From assembly GCF_026571515.1 (NCBI RefSeq), contig NW_026866730.1:1-64000 (forward strand): a DNA stretch of 64,000 nucleotides, given 5' to 3'. This DNA is from Ruditapes philippinarum (Eukaryota). Positions within the stretch are counted from its first letter, which is position 1. Each line of letters begins with the position of its first letter. Under the pieces are notes generated by a model. It ran no database searches. It was given only the letters and a program-made list of their open reading frames with translations, and was not told the origin of the DNA. Both the position numbers and the translations under genes were made by a program. This document shows, piece by piece, positions 22,209-35,978 of this stretch.

Positions 22209-23380
22209 GTAACCAGTCTGTGAAATATGGATGAAATAGCCAGTCTGTGAAATATAGGTGAAATAACGAGTCTGTGAAATATGGATGAAATAGCCAGTCT
22301 GTGAAATATAGGTGAAATAACGAGTCTGTGAAATATGAGTGAAATAGCCAGTCTGTGAAATATGGGTGAAATAACGAGTCTGTGAAATATGAGTGAAATA
22401 GCCAGTCTGTGAAATATAGGTGAAATAACGAGTCTGTGAAATATGAGTGAAGTAGCCAGTCTGTGAAATATGGGTGAAATAACGAGTCTGTGAAATATGA
22501 GTGAAATAGCCAGTCTGTGAAATATAGGTGAAATAACGAGTCTGTGAAATATGAGTGAAATAGCCAGTCTGTGAAATATAGGTGAAATAACGAGTCTGTG
22601 AAATATGAGTGAAGTAGCCAGTCTGTGAAATATGGGTGAAATAACCAGTCTGTAAAATATGGATGAAATAACCAGTCTGTAAAATATGGGTGAAATAACC
22701 AGTATGTAAAATATGGCAATCTCCTACGCAGTGATCTCCCCTTATCAGTACAGAGATCTCTGCCATCACAAACATTGAAATATCAATATTTGGATATTTA
22801 TATTTTTTAGCTTTTTAATTTATTTTTCATTATTTTCTAAACTTTTGATAATTTTTTGATAAAATATAACGGACGTAGGTACAAAAAGTTAAAAATAAAA
22901 CAGAAAGAGCAAAATGACGTTAGATTTTCTATGTAACGGTCGATATTTACATTTGAATTTCGACGTTACGTCATGTGACTTTTATCATCATGTGACGTCT
23001 GTGAAGGCAGTGATTACAATTCTGCCAAGGGAGGTAATCAGTGTGAGGAGTTTGAAAATATGGGTGAAGTAACCAGTCTGTGAAATATGGGTGAAATAAC
23101 CAGTCTGTGAAATATGGGTGAAATAACCAGTCTGTGAAATATGGGTGAAATAACCAGTCTGTGAAATATGGGTGAAATAACCAGTCTGTGAAATATGCAT
23201 GAAATAGCCAGTCTGTGAAATATGCATGAAATAGCCAGTCTGTAAAAAACAGTGTATTGGGGAATAACCAGTCTTTGAAATACGGGTGAAATAACTAGTT
23301 TGTGAAATATATGGATGAAACAGCTAGTTTGTGAAATTCATTATATTGAGGGAATAACCAGTCTTTGAAATACAGGTGAT
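22209..23380. repeat. 27-bp minisatellite (GTGAAATAACCAGTCTGTGAAATATGG), interrupted by a MITE
   Basis: About 19 units in 22209-22716 and about 10 more in 23055-23380. The array accounts for the 9-aa-periodic ORFs (HPYFTDWLF; HISQTGYFT). Confidence 0.95.
22717..23054. mobile_element. Mutator(MULE)-like non-autonomous element (338 bp)
   Basis: Imperfect ~27-bp TIR (CAATCTCCTACGCAGTGATCTCCCCTT vs the reverse complement of the right end, CAAACTCCTCACACTGATTACCTCCCTT) and a 9-bp TSD AAAATATGG (22708-22716, 23055-23063). The superfamily is inferred from TSD length only. Confidence 0.75.
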
Positions 23381-25899
23381 TATTTGAAATTTTACACATC
23401 TTTAAATTCACAAACCACAGTGTATGGGTTACTAGCTTTAAAGAAATACATGTAAGGTTTTAGGAAATTAGATATTCAATGTTTTCATTTGTTAGTTTTA
23501 GTTATGTTGACACAATATTTAGATCATTTTATTGATTGTACATAGTGCAAAAAAGTGTTAATTAGTATTGTAGCTTTATCTTTAAAAAACAAATAAGAAA
23601 ACTAACCCATTTTCATGTCTTCCACCACATTTAAATCATGAGTCATATTGTTCAATGCTTTATTATGGTCAATAAGAAACATCAACCTTTTAAATGTAGA
23701 TGTATGAAAAGATTTTCATATGTAATTATTAGTTATTAAGAATTTGCCATATTTTTTTAAACAAGTTAAATACTACTTGAGCTATACCTTTAAAAAAATC
23801 TCTGTTTTTATGAGAACAACTGATTTGTATTGTAAAGAAACCATATTTATTGAATTTTGATGACATAATGTATATTTTATTACCATACATTGTATTTGCT
23901 GTATCGGGCAGTGTCTTATGTGCCAGAGCAGCCTGGACAATTGTTTTTTATTTTTGAAATGGTTAATTTGAAAGGTTGCAGTTATAAAGTGCAGCGGCCT
24001 ATTGTCTGGAAAATATGGTAATTATAAACATGACTTAACAACTTAACTGATTATAGGGTAATATGATACTAACCTTCAGGTTAGTGTTATATAGCAATAT
24101 GTTATACATGACCATAAAAGCTGTTAAGCATCTTTATAATGAATTTATAATAGTGTGAAAAGAAATTTAAACAACATAAAAATTATTACAGTAACTAATA
24201 TGAGAGGAACATGTTTAAAAAAATATTAAAGAGCTACTAGTTTCCGGTATGCATTACGATTTTTTGTAGCATTAATATCTTCAGTTGCTGTTCCAACAAT
24301 TAATATAAACATTATGATAGTTTTTTTCTGCATCAACATTACAAATTTTCAGTATTATAAATCAATAATACATGTTTTAGTTTGTGGGGATTACAGCCAT
24401 TTTGAAGTTATATCTTAATTTTTAAGATGGCTAAATATAGAATCAGAGGGATTTTTTGGGGGGTTTTATGTCAATTTAAGCAAATTTTGTAAGTATGTTA
24501 AAAATTGGTACATTTTTACCGTCTGACTGGGTGACTGCCCCCATTTTCTAGCATACTTGAGCTTTCAATTGTATATGTATTATTAATAAAATGGTGAACC
24601 CAAGGATTTAGTAATATTTGATGAAATGAAAAATAATGTAGTATTTGTATTATTTTTTTAAATCATTTTTGCATGATTTTTTTCATCTTAAGTACGGAAC
24701 ATGTAAATTGCTTATTTTGTTGCATCCACAACTTACCTTACCTTCGAGTGTATAACATACACATACTGTCATATAACATTTTATGCGATTTTACATATAT
24801 AATATATAAAAAAGTGCTTTACTCACTCCCACTGCAAGATATTATTTTGTTTGCGTGATCTTTTCATGACATTCCAATATTTGATGCTTGATTTATTCTC
24901 TAATTATTTTTGCAATGCTGTAAGCAATGTGAAATTAGAACATATTTTTTTTTTCCAATGCTCTAAGCTTTGTATATTATAGTAATGTATTGTTACAGTT
25001 GAATCATTCTGAGCAATTCTGATGCCTGCAAGTTGCATTTAAAATGTGAAATTATAAGTCATATATGCTGTAAATTATAAAATACATGAAAGAAACATCG
25101 GTTTATTTGTATATCATCAAATTATATTAAACAGAACCCCGCTGATTTTTTGTAGTATGCTTTTTTTTCCTTGCTTTTATCTTCGAGTTTTCTTGTTATG
25201 AATCAGGGATTATAAGATCAAAATTGACCAGCAGCGTGTGAAGAGGTTCATCAGGCTATAGATAGATGGGCTGGTATGGCTGTGTAATAGTTTACATAGG
25301 TATATTTTCATTGCTTAATACATGGGTGGAAGATTTCAAGATTATTTCTGATAATCAACATTTTCGTAGACTTGAGTCATCGTTTGTCTGAATATAATAT
25401 AAAAGGAATGTTATTTTTAGGATTTCTATGAACATTTAAATTTCCAACTTTCATCCACGTGAATAAAATTCAAGAACATTTGTGACAACACAGTGCATTT
25501 TTGTTTTCGTTTTTCTAATTTTGTTTTTTGCAGTTAAAATAAGTTTGTGAATTTTTTATAAAAATTCTTAAAAAAACTTTGTGAATTTCATTGATAAAAT
25601 CTAATACAACTTTGTGATTTTATATAGAAACAATTTATTTCATAAAATTGAAATTTTTGATTAATTTATGAAAGGGTATATTTCTGTAAATTGTAATTTT
25701 GAAATAATTTCTACTGCTTGACAAAAGTATTTTTTTAAGAAAAAATATTCAAGTATGTTTGCATATTTGGATATAAAACATATTTTTTCAGTAATCTACT
25801 CATATTTGACATGAACATAAATTCTTCATTCTAGAGAGAAAAAAAAACCCACCCCAAAACAACAAAATGGGCAGGACCTGAACTAGTAGGTGAATTATT

Positions 25900-26107
25900 C
25901 CCCTTTATTCCACTCTTAGTCTGCTGGCAGCAAAAGGTGCTACCTATGTGACCAGTGTAGACCTACATCAGCCAGTACATCTTTCCTGTCAAATCATGGT
26001 CTGTACTATTTGCTATTCAGTCAGTATTTTGAAAGTTTTTTTTGAAAATGATAAATGTGAAAGATGGGCAAGTCCATTTAAGATATTTAGCTCGTTAAGG
26101 GGTTAAA
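25900..26107 (+). repeat. Dispersed degenerate MITE-like repeat (related copies at about 14155-14362 and 38995-39145)
   Basis: All three places share the blocks ACCAGT(G/A)..AGACC, CATGGTCTG(T/C)ACT..TT.CTATTCAG, TGAAAG(A/T)TGG and AGATATTTAGC. Confidence 0.5.
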
Positions 26108-29100
26108 TGATTACATTGTAAAAATGACATGTACATGTGCTGTGTATGTTAATATATGTTTTGCTATTGTTACTTTGTATGTTTTTATTCATTTATATTG
26201 TAGATATATTGGTAGAATAAACAGTTCATAATATAAATTTTTGAGCCATAATATATTGTTGAATACAATGTTCTATTTTTGCATGATTTTTTTATGTAAT
26301 CATTTTCTTATATTATTCAAGAGTGTATATTTTGGATAGATTATTTTGTTAAATTCTCTATTTCCTAATGTCAGCCATTTCAGCACAGAATTTTGCTGGA
26401 TTTTATTTTCAAGATATTCTTATAAGAGATTGATATACAATAGATTTCTATTCTTACCTGCTTTGTATGTGTTTATGTGTGTCTCTGTGTCAACAAGGAA
26501 TTTTTGTTCACTTCCATTATAGAAAACATGATGAAGAAAATAATATAAAAGTTACTAATTTACAATAATCCTATGAAATGCATGTCTTGATTTCAATGCA
26601 AATTTTCAGGGATTCTAATAAAAAAAAATCTATGTTTTAGTTTTGATATTTAAGCACGTAACAGATGTGTTAACAGCACTGTGGGGAAACTCTTGGTTTA
26701 GTGGTTTTCTGGCAAGAGTACTGGCCCCTTTTTATTCTTTTTTTTTAAAGCTGGAATTTGGTGTGCATATATATAGTTAGGTGAAATTAGTTGTTTTTTT
26801 AAACAGAGTATAAGAAATGATTGTTCAACAATATCGGCCTACGGTAACAAATATTTTTTTATTCATCTATAAATGTATGCTATATGGCAGTATTTCTGTA
26901 ATATTGTTTATGTGTTTTTTTTTCTAGTCATTTCAGTCATTTCATTGTGTTGTCTCCTGATTGTCACAATATTGTTAAGGTCGTCTGTTTAATTTTTTTT
27001 CACATGACCTTTTACAATAAGTTCACTAATATACTCATATAAAGTAAGAAACCTTTTTCATTGTAGTATGTATTGATAATTTGAAAGATTTAATATTTCA
27101 AAATATAAAAATATTGAAGTAAGTCATTTAAAAAAAAAAAAAAAGGACTACATTAATTTTATATTTCAATTTTGTGAAAATACCTGGGTGATTTAAATGT
27201 AGAAATATTTTATCCAGTAGTCTTGAAATCTCAAAAATTGTTCAAAATTACGGCGCTGTGTTTTTTTTTAATGCAATCTTAACAGTGGTGATGGCTGCCT
27301 AGAAATTAAACAATTTTCTTATCTCAGGAGAAAAACTTTTTTTGAATTTAAAAGGTTTTTACTTTAAATTACAAGGTTGTGTAGTTTTTTTTTTGTCTGA
27401 TAGTTTTACAAGTTGTTGTTTGTTTTTAATTTGAAAACAACAGTTTACTGTTGTTGTTTTTTCTGTATCACTTTTAAAAGTATAAAACAAAAAATGTTTG
27501 TGTAAAAAGAAATGTCAAATTTTCATAGTAAGAAATGCACAGGTTTTGCAAATTCAGTGATATATTTCTGAATTCACAAGCATAATGCAAATTAAGTAAT
27601 GTATTGCAAAAATCATTTTTATGAGGTTTAACACAGTTGAAAATATAGTAATAATAGGAGCAAATACATTAAAAAAAGGCAATTATCAAAAATACATTAA
27701 TTAATTATTCCACTTACATATATATTTTTTATGATTCTGACCTGAGAACTAAAATGCTTTTATAGCAACCTATCCAGAGTGAAATAAAAATTAATAAAAA
27801 AGTTTTTTTTTTTGTTTTTTTTTTTTCTATTACAATATTCTGGTGTATTTTAATAGACTTTTTATATAAATGTGTGTTTTTATTTGTTGTTTTTTTATAG
27901 CATGTTTAAGAGGAAGTTTTATATGTATAAATGTGTTTATGTGTTAAAGAGATTATATTTTTTGTTGTGAAAATCTTTGTTATACAACATTTTGTAATTA
28001 CTCATTTGTAACTTGAGCAAAAGGAGGTCAGTTGGTTTTAAAAAATGTATACTTTTTATATATACATGTATATCTAAATTATTTCTGACAAGCTTATTAA
28101 TACACATTGTCAAGTCTTCAAATTAAAAATTTCACACTACGAAACTTGTGTTAAATTAAAACTTTAAAATTATGAAACTTGTGTAAATTATGTAAATATC
28201 AATTTGATAAAAAATTTAAATCCTGTTCGAGTTACATAACGATATATAACCAGCTTGCATCTTTTTGCGAGGCATGTAACATTTTAGTGTGGGAGCTATC
28301 ATAAAACATTTTATGTGTGTGAGTCATCATTAATGCTTGTATAACAACATACATGTATAAATTTTGCTTTTTTTAAAAAAAAAACTTTGTTGCTTTGTAA
28401 CCATTTATTTGTCATCTAACATGTTGTTAACAACAAACATTAAAAGAAAAAATTTGATAATTTTTACTTTTTTTCTTTTTTCAAAAACCGATATGGTTCA
28501 TTTTTCGATATATGCAAATGTATTGAAACCATTATCCTGACCTGCCTAATTTGTATAATGGGCTTATACTGCCTTAAAGATTGAGATCTTTCCATTTTTA
28601 ATATAAGGGGTTTTGATATATAGTACTCCCCGCGGGTACCGCGTCCTTGCCCATTCCGATGTAATCAGAAAATTTGTTTCTTTACACATTGAATGCCACC
28701 AAATACTGTTTCCACCATTAAAATGAAAGTGGAAGTGCTGCTTTTTGTGAATTTGGATAGAAATTGTTAGAATTTTTTTCATTTCAAATAAATTCTGTCA
28801 TTGATAGGAAAATCCAAAGCTGCCGGTGTGTGTTAAAAATACTTCTTTATTTTACCCCATATTTAACGGTTAAACTTATAATTTCATGTTCCGACAAGTG
28901 AAGGTCGTCTGCTGAAACTGTAGTGACATCATATTCTGTTACAAAAAATTATACTGAATCCAAAAAGGGCCATCAATTAACATAAAACGGTACCATAGTG
29001 CTCTCCGTTTAAGCTCCCATTCAAAACATGGCTGACTGACCATAGATGTTTCTAATTTAAATCATGGAGTTATTTTATCAATGACATGTGTATTTTAATG

Positions 29101-30865
29101 TCAATATGCGACAGCAAAACACAATTACATAAAATAGTATATACAAGTTATTTTTATTTGTACAATTTGCTGGAAATAATAAGAACAGTGGTACCATAGG
29201 GGACCATCCTACAAGCACTCATTAAGCAAGTAACATGCTTTATAAATGTTGAATATTAGTTTATTAGAATTAAAACTAGAAGACCACAGTCCATCAGAGC
29301 TAGTAGTTTGCAATACTAAATTACTAGCCTAATTAAGCCCCAAAAATGTCAGTCAAGAATAATAGTTATATAGTTAATTAATTATTCTTTATCCTGAATA
29401 AGGTGTAATTTAGTCATTCCATTTAAAGTTCTGTTGATTCATTTTCAGACACTATGGGGATATACTGCTAATTTTTCACTGGTCAGTCAGGCCAGTTACA
29501 TTGTATTTGGAAAAAATTTACAGGTCTGACCCCAATTCTACTAGTCATAGGCAAGTGTTTAATTAGCAGACTGTATATATTATACAAATATCTACTTGAA
29601 ATAGGAGTTTGGATAGGAACTTCTAAAAAGATTACTTAAAAATTAGTGAAAAAGACACCAACTAATTTCTACCTAAGCTCAAGCCCTGAAGTTACATTTT
29701 TTCTTTAAGCTATGTGTTGTGGACAGTAAGTTACAAGCATGATTCCAAATATACATGTGTTGTTTCATGTGAAAATTCTAAGTACTTAGAGCTATAGACA
29801 GAATTTCACAAAGAGGAATAATGCTGTCAAAATCAATGCTAGTTATTGGTCTTGGACAGGGACCTACTATTAAGATCCCAAACCATGAGAGAAGTTTCAA
29901 ACTAGTTGGACAGTTCACGAGATACTAAGTTGCACATAAAGTTGCAAGCAAAACTTTCACCATGTAAAAAGTTATGCCAACACTGATACATAGGTAAGGA
30001 AACTTGGCTTTTCTTAGATGCTTTGAATAGCTTTCTCATCTGAGATATTCTACAATACATTGCTGTATTGTATTAACGGCTTTGCACTTAAATTACACTA
30101 GGTCAACTCCATATAGATGTTATGTGCGGACGCTGTTAGATCCAAAATCAATGGTCCATACATTTAAGGAAAATTTGTTTTGCATTTCATTTTTAAACTG
30201 AAATAAACATTATCTTATGACGTGTATATCTGCTTAAAAAATCATTTCAGTTAGAAGTTAAAAAATCCTCTTCATAGGTTGTGTGATTTTCATTGTTGAG
30301 ATTTTCTCACATACTGTGCGTTAAGGATAATTATTTAGTGATGCGGTGGTCAAGTCCACTTAATCGGTGAAAAACAGTTATCATATTGTGTTTAATATCT
30401 TAAGCCAAGCAGACTTGCCATATAAATTAAAATATCGACAAATTTACCAACTGGCGGCGTAACACAGTAGGTAAAGTTGTGTGGTAAATTTTTAGTTACT
30501 TATCAATGCAAGACGGCCAGGTTCGGTCCCAAATTTTTTTGTATAATTATCAATCGATTAAGAATTTCTTTTTTTCTTGTAAAGATTATTAGCGCTGTGT
30601 TATTTTCTATTAACTTCTCATTTCACTTTTCTTTTTAAATGTTGCTATATCTAGCAAGTTGGTGCAACCTGATACGGAATGCATACATGTACATAAATTG
30701 TTTCAACTATAGTTAAGTTGGCATGAAAAACTTATGCACTGCAAAAGTACTACTAATATATATTACACACTACACAGAACAAAAATTATTATTTCCGGTA
30801 TATATAAATTATTCGAAATTATAACAAAACTGCCTTTATATTCCAATTAATTTGCATCTCATGTA

Positions 30866-31943
30866 AAAACAAGCATTTGATAGTATTGCGAGCAATACAG
30901 TAGTCCCCTACCGGTCCCTCAAAAAGTTCTTTAATTGTCATACACTCCTGTGTATTGCCATTTATAATGAATTTGAGGATGAAGTCTGTATTTGAAAATA
31001 TCGACCACAAAACATAATAAAATAAGTTTGTCTATATCACAGTAATGTGTTAAGTTTCCATGCTTAGTAAGGAAATTATGTTTATACAACCTTGTCATAT
31101 TATTACGATGTGGGATTTTAAAGTAAATCCTATAAGGAATGAAGAAGTTGGAGTGAAAATACCAGTTTCTCGAAAAAAATCTAAGTTCAAGGGGGACATA
31201 ATTCTGGAAATAGTCTTGCTAGAGTATTTAACCCTCTCAAAAATGTCGAGTGATAATAAGAAACATATATATGAAGTTTGAAGTAGATACATTAGGAAAT
31301 AAAGAAGTTATTTAAAAAAGACAACATTTTTTCCCCTAAAAAATCTAAGTTCAAGGGAGGTAATACTGATATTTTTTGTGCTAGAGTTATAAACCTTGTC
31401 ACATAAGATGTGGTTGATGACCAGAAACTTATATTTAAAGTTTGAAGTAAACACCTTAAGAAATAAAGAACATATAGTGAAAAAGCTGAAAAATTTAAAT
31501 CAGAAATCTTGAAATTCAGGCTATTTGTTGCCATAGCAACCAGAATTTTCAACATAGGAAGAAAAGAAAAAGATGTGCATAATCTCCAGACTGCCATCTA
31601 CCCATATTTCAAGTTTCATTAAAATATTTTCAGTACTTTTTGAGTTATCACTGGATCCAGTTTATGTTTTAAATTTGCCATATTTTCAGACTATTTGTTG
31701 CCATAGCAACCAGAATTTTCAACATAGGAAGAAAAAAAAAGACGTGCATAATGTCCATACTGCCATCTATCCATATATCAAGTTTCATAAAAATATTTTC
31801 AGTACTTTTTGCGTTATCGCGGGATCCAGTTTCGTGGACGGACGGACGGACTGACGGACTGACAGACAGACAGACGGACAGACAGACGGACGGAGGGTAA
31901 ACCTTAAGTCCCCTCCGGTTAAACTGGTAGGGGACTAATAAAA
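30866..31943 (-). mobile_element. HINE-like element D
   Basis: On the minus strand: TTTTATTAGTCCCCTACCAG..CCGGAGGGGACT, long (GTCC/GTCT)n, ~170-bp internal repeats, and the end GGTAGGGGACTA + GTATTGC-TC-GCAATAC hairpin + GCTTGT. Confidence 0.85.
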
Positions 31944-31960
31944 ATAGGGAAAGAAAAGGA

Positions 31961-34417
31961 AAACAAGATTGCATTTGAGAAAAATGCTATGCCACCGCAT
32001 TAATACAACACTAAATAGTAGTGTAGGAACAGATTTTTTTTTGTTTCTATACAATTTTGTAGATTGTCATAATGCATAGATCCCTGACCTATCTAATTCT
32101 TATCAGATTAGTGGTTAAATCTGTTGTTAACTCAATAAAAGATCAGAGTAGGAATATATCAATGCACTCAAGTCTAGTGAATTTGGTGGTGAAGGTCATA
32201 TTTCAAACAGCCTAAATTTCATGACTACATCAAAGGACAACACTGTAAGACACTTTGTCAAAATCTAGGTCAGCTGATATATCAAAGTTCACTTTACATC
32301 TTAATCTGTGCACATGGTTCAAATTTCATAGCTGTACATCAAAGGACAAGAAAGTAGGTCACATCATCAAAATCTAGGTCACCTGATATCAAATTTCAAT
32401 TTTACAACTAAAACTGTGCACATGGTCAAAATTTCATTGCTGTACATCAAAGGACAAGAAAGTAGGTCACTGTCCCCTTGGGCAAAGCAAAATTTTGGAC
32501 CCAAGGGTTTAATTCAAAACAATCTTGATACAGGTCCACCAAACAACATTTCAAGTCAAATATCTAAGCTGTAGCTTTCTCCCATTCAGAAAACATTTGT
32601 TTTATTTTCTGTTTTTACTATGTGTACATAATGAGAATCACTGCCCCCGGGCACGGCCAATTTTAACACCAGGGGAAAAATTTCAACAACTTTGGTAGAG
32701 GACCAATAGATGATATATATAATATAGCAAACATGAAAGCTCTATGCCTTGTACCTTCAGACAAAAATATTTTTTATTTTTTTACTATATGTACATAATG
32801 AAAATTAATGACCCCCGGGCGGAACCAATTTTGACCCCAGGGCTATAATTTGAACAATCTTGGTAAAGGTTCACTTCGCAAAGTCTCATGCCATATATTT
32901 AACCTCTAGCCTTTGTCAATTCAGAGAAGAGGATTTTTCAATTCTGAGAAGAGGATTTTTCAAGTTTTTACTTTATACATATAAGGAAAACTATCGCCTC
33001 TGGGGCAGTGCAATTTTAACACTAGGGGCATAATTAAAACAACTTTAGTAGAGGACCAAAAGATAATACTATATACCAAATATCAAAGCTCTAAGCCTTG
33101 TACCTTAAGACAAGAGGATTTTTTAATTTTTTACTATATGTACATAGTGAAAATCAATGACCCCTGGGGATGGGGCCAATTTTGACCCCAGGGCTATAAT
33201 TTGTACAATCCTGCTAGAGGTTCACTACATAATGTTTCATGCAAAATATCTTAACTCTAGCCTTTGTAAATTTAGAGAAGATGATTTTTTTAAGTTTGTA
33301 CTATATACATATAAGGAAAACCTATGGCCCCTGGGGCGGGGCTAATTTTGACACTAGAGGCAAAATTTGAACAACTTTGGTAGAGTACCTATAGCTGATA
33401 TCATTTAACAAATATTAAAGCTCTAAGCCTTGTACCTTCAGACAATAAGATTTTTTTTTTTATTTACTATATGTATATATTGAAAATCAATGACCCCCGG
33501 GGCGGGGACAATTTTGACCCCAGGGCTATAATTTGAACAATCTTGCTAGAAGTTCACTTCACAATGTTTCATGCCAAATATCTAACCTCTAGCATTTGTC
33601 AATTGCTAGAAGAAATTGTTTTAAAGTTTTTACTATAAGTTTTTACTATATACATTTTAGAAAAACCAATGACCCCGGGGCGGGGCCGATTTTGATCCCC
33701 GGGCCTATAATTTTAACAATCTGGGTAGAGGTCTACCAGACAATGCCTTATGCAAAATATCTAAGCTCTAGGCTTTTGAGTCTTTACAAGAAGGTATTTT
33801 AAGTTTTTACTATATGTACATATAGTGAAAATCAAAGACTCCTGGGGCGGGGCCGATTTTGACCCCCAGGGCTATAATTTGAACAATCTTGGTAAGGGTC
33901 TACCAGACAATGCCTTATGCAAAATATCTAAGCTCTAGGCCTTTTGGGTCTTTACAAGAAGGTATTATAAGTTTTTTACTATATCTATAATATAGTGAAA
34001 ATCAATGACCCCCGGGGCAGGGCCGATTTTTGACCCCAGGGCTATAATTTGAACAATCTTGCTAGAGGTCTACCAGACAATGCCTTATGCAAAATATCTA
34101 AGCTCTAGGCCTTTTGGGTCTTTACAAGAAGATTTTTTTAATTTATTCTTATAATTCCTTTTGGTTGCCATGGCCACCAGATTTCTGCATGGAATGAAAT
34201 TCTTTGAACAACTTTGGAAGCCCTTCACCCAAGGATCAATCCTGCCAAGTTTGGTTGAAATTGGACAAGTGGTTTTTCACAAGAAGATTTTTTAAGTTCA
34301 CTATATAATCTATATAACACACACACACACAAACAAACAAACAAACAAACACACACACACACACACAGGTGAATCGCTATATGCCACCGCATCGCAGATG
34401 CTGCGGTGGCATAAAAA
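31961..34417 (-). mobile_element. HINE-like element E with ~170-bp satellite cargo (same repeat family as element C)
   Basis: On the minus strand: TTTTTATGCCACCGCAGCATCTGCGATGCGGTGGCATA, a (GT)n/(GTTT)n microsatellite, about 10 repeats with core GACCCCGGGGCGGGGCCAATTTTGACCCCAGGG (plus strand), and the end TGCGGTGGCATA + GCATTT..AAATGC hairpin + TCTTGTTT. Confidence 0.87.
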
Positions 34418-35208
34418 GGTTTGACAACTTGTGTGGCTCGAACTCATGATACAATTTAATTTGTATGGCATCCTAGTGACTTAACCAACTTTGCCATCGA
34501 GACTTTTCAAATTCTATTTCTGATTTTGAATCATATTCACTTCTGAATACCCTGTTTTACCTATTCAGACAAAGATTGTAAACTTTTGTGTACACAAAAA
34601 TTGCAATGTCACTCTCACATTATCATAGCGGCACAGTACTTGCAGAGATGACACAATATGTGAACAATATTGTCAGCTAGTAATAGTGTTAGTCATGCTA
34701 TACAGAAAATTAATAAGATGACAATTCACCAGTTTGTTAGTTGGTTAACTTACCTTTAAATAAAATATCAATGAACTTTCAAATAAATGTAAGTAAATAA
34801 AAACATGATGTAAATCATTTTTATTAAGCAATGGACGTAGAACTGACAAAGTAAAACATGTCATTGCAAGTAAATAAGGCCACAGAAATAAAGTATGCAG
34901 AAATTGAAGACAAAAGTCCCATAATTTTAATCCTGCAGAAATATTTACTTACACATTGTATCACAACAGAAAAAGATGATCGGAGGTCTAGGAGGTATTC
35001 TTGCATGACTGGCTGTTCCTTGATTTAAGGAGCGTTGACATATTTTTATTTATTTTGAATAAACATTTAATCACAACTGCAAAGTTAAGTGAGTCCATTT
35101 TGTTTAAATTTGAAGAAGAGGGGGTAAATCATTAGATCAAGAATAGATTCTTTATAGGTAGCTTCTCAGTTTAAGACTTTTAATATATTAATTCCGTAAT
35201 TGTAAAGT

Positions 35209-35923
35209 TTACAAGAGCCACCGCCGGGCGGGGGCAACACTTGACTTTTTACTTTCTCTAAAAGCAAACAAAGAAATCTTTGAACAAAATCTTAACGTTT
35301 TCTTTTTATAAAATTAATCGGTCCGTCTTGTCACATTAGTTTTGTCTATATATTTTAAATAGAAACATGCAATTCTATAAATAGAAACACGCAATTCTAT
35401 AAATAGAAACACGCAATTCTATAAATAGAAAATTCTATAAATAGATACACGTGGTGGAGTAACATGTTGACACGTGGTGGTGTCACGTGGTTGACACATT
35501 GTGGTGTCACGTGGTGAAGTCACGTGGTAGAGTCACGAGGTAGAGTTATGTGATAGTCATGTGGTGAAGTCATGTGGTAAAGTCACGTGGTGAAGTTACG
35601 TGGTGGAGTCATGTGGTGATGTCATGTGGTGGAGTCACATGGTGAAGTTACGTGGTAGAGTCATGTGATGAAGTCACGTGGTACGTGGTGGAATCATGTG
35701 GTGGAGTCACGTGGTGAAGTCACGTGGTAGAGTCACGTGGTAAAGTCACATGGTGGAGTCACGTAGTGGATTCAGTTGGTGGAGTCACGTGGTAGTCACA
35801 TGGTGGAGGCATGTGGTGGAGTCAGGTGGTGGAGTCAGGTGGTGGGTGGAGTCAGGTGGTGGGTGGAGTCACGTGGTGGGTGGAGTCACGTGGTGGTGGA
35901 GTCACGTGTTGTTGTTGATGATG

Positions 35924-35978
<55 letters not shown>

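Noticed and set aside
22135-23227. 194-, 195- and 79-aa ORFs with a 9-aa period
   Set aside because: They are by-products of a stop-free 27-bp minisatellite that is open in several frames at once, with no splice or codon evidence.
30452-30530. tRNA-like segment (GGCGTAACACAGTAGGTA...GGTTCGGTCCC), with a reverse-oriented one near 34435-34500
   Set aside because: Too degenerate to call. I could not show that they are paired arms of one element.
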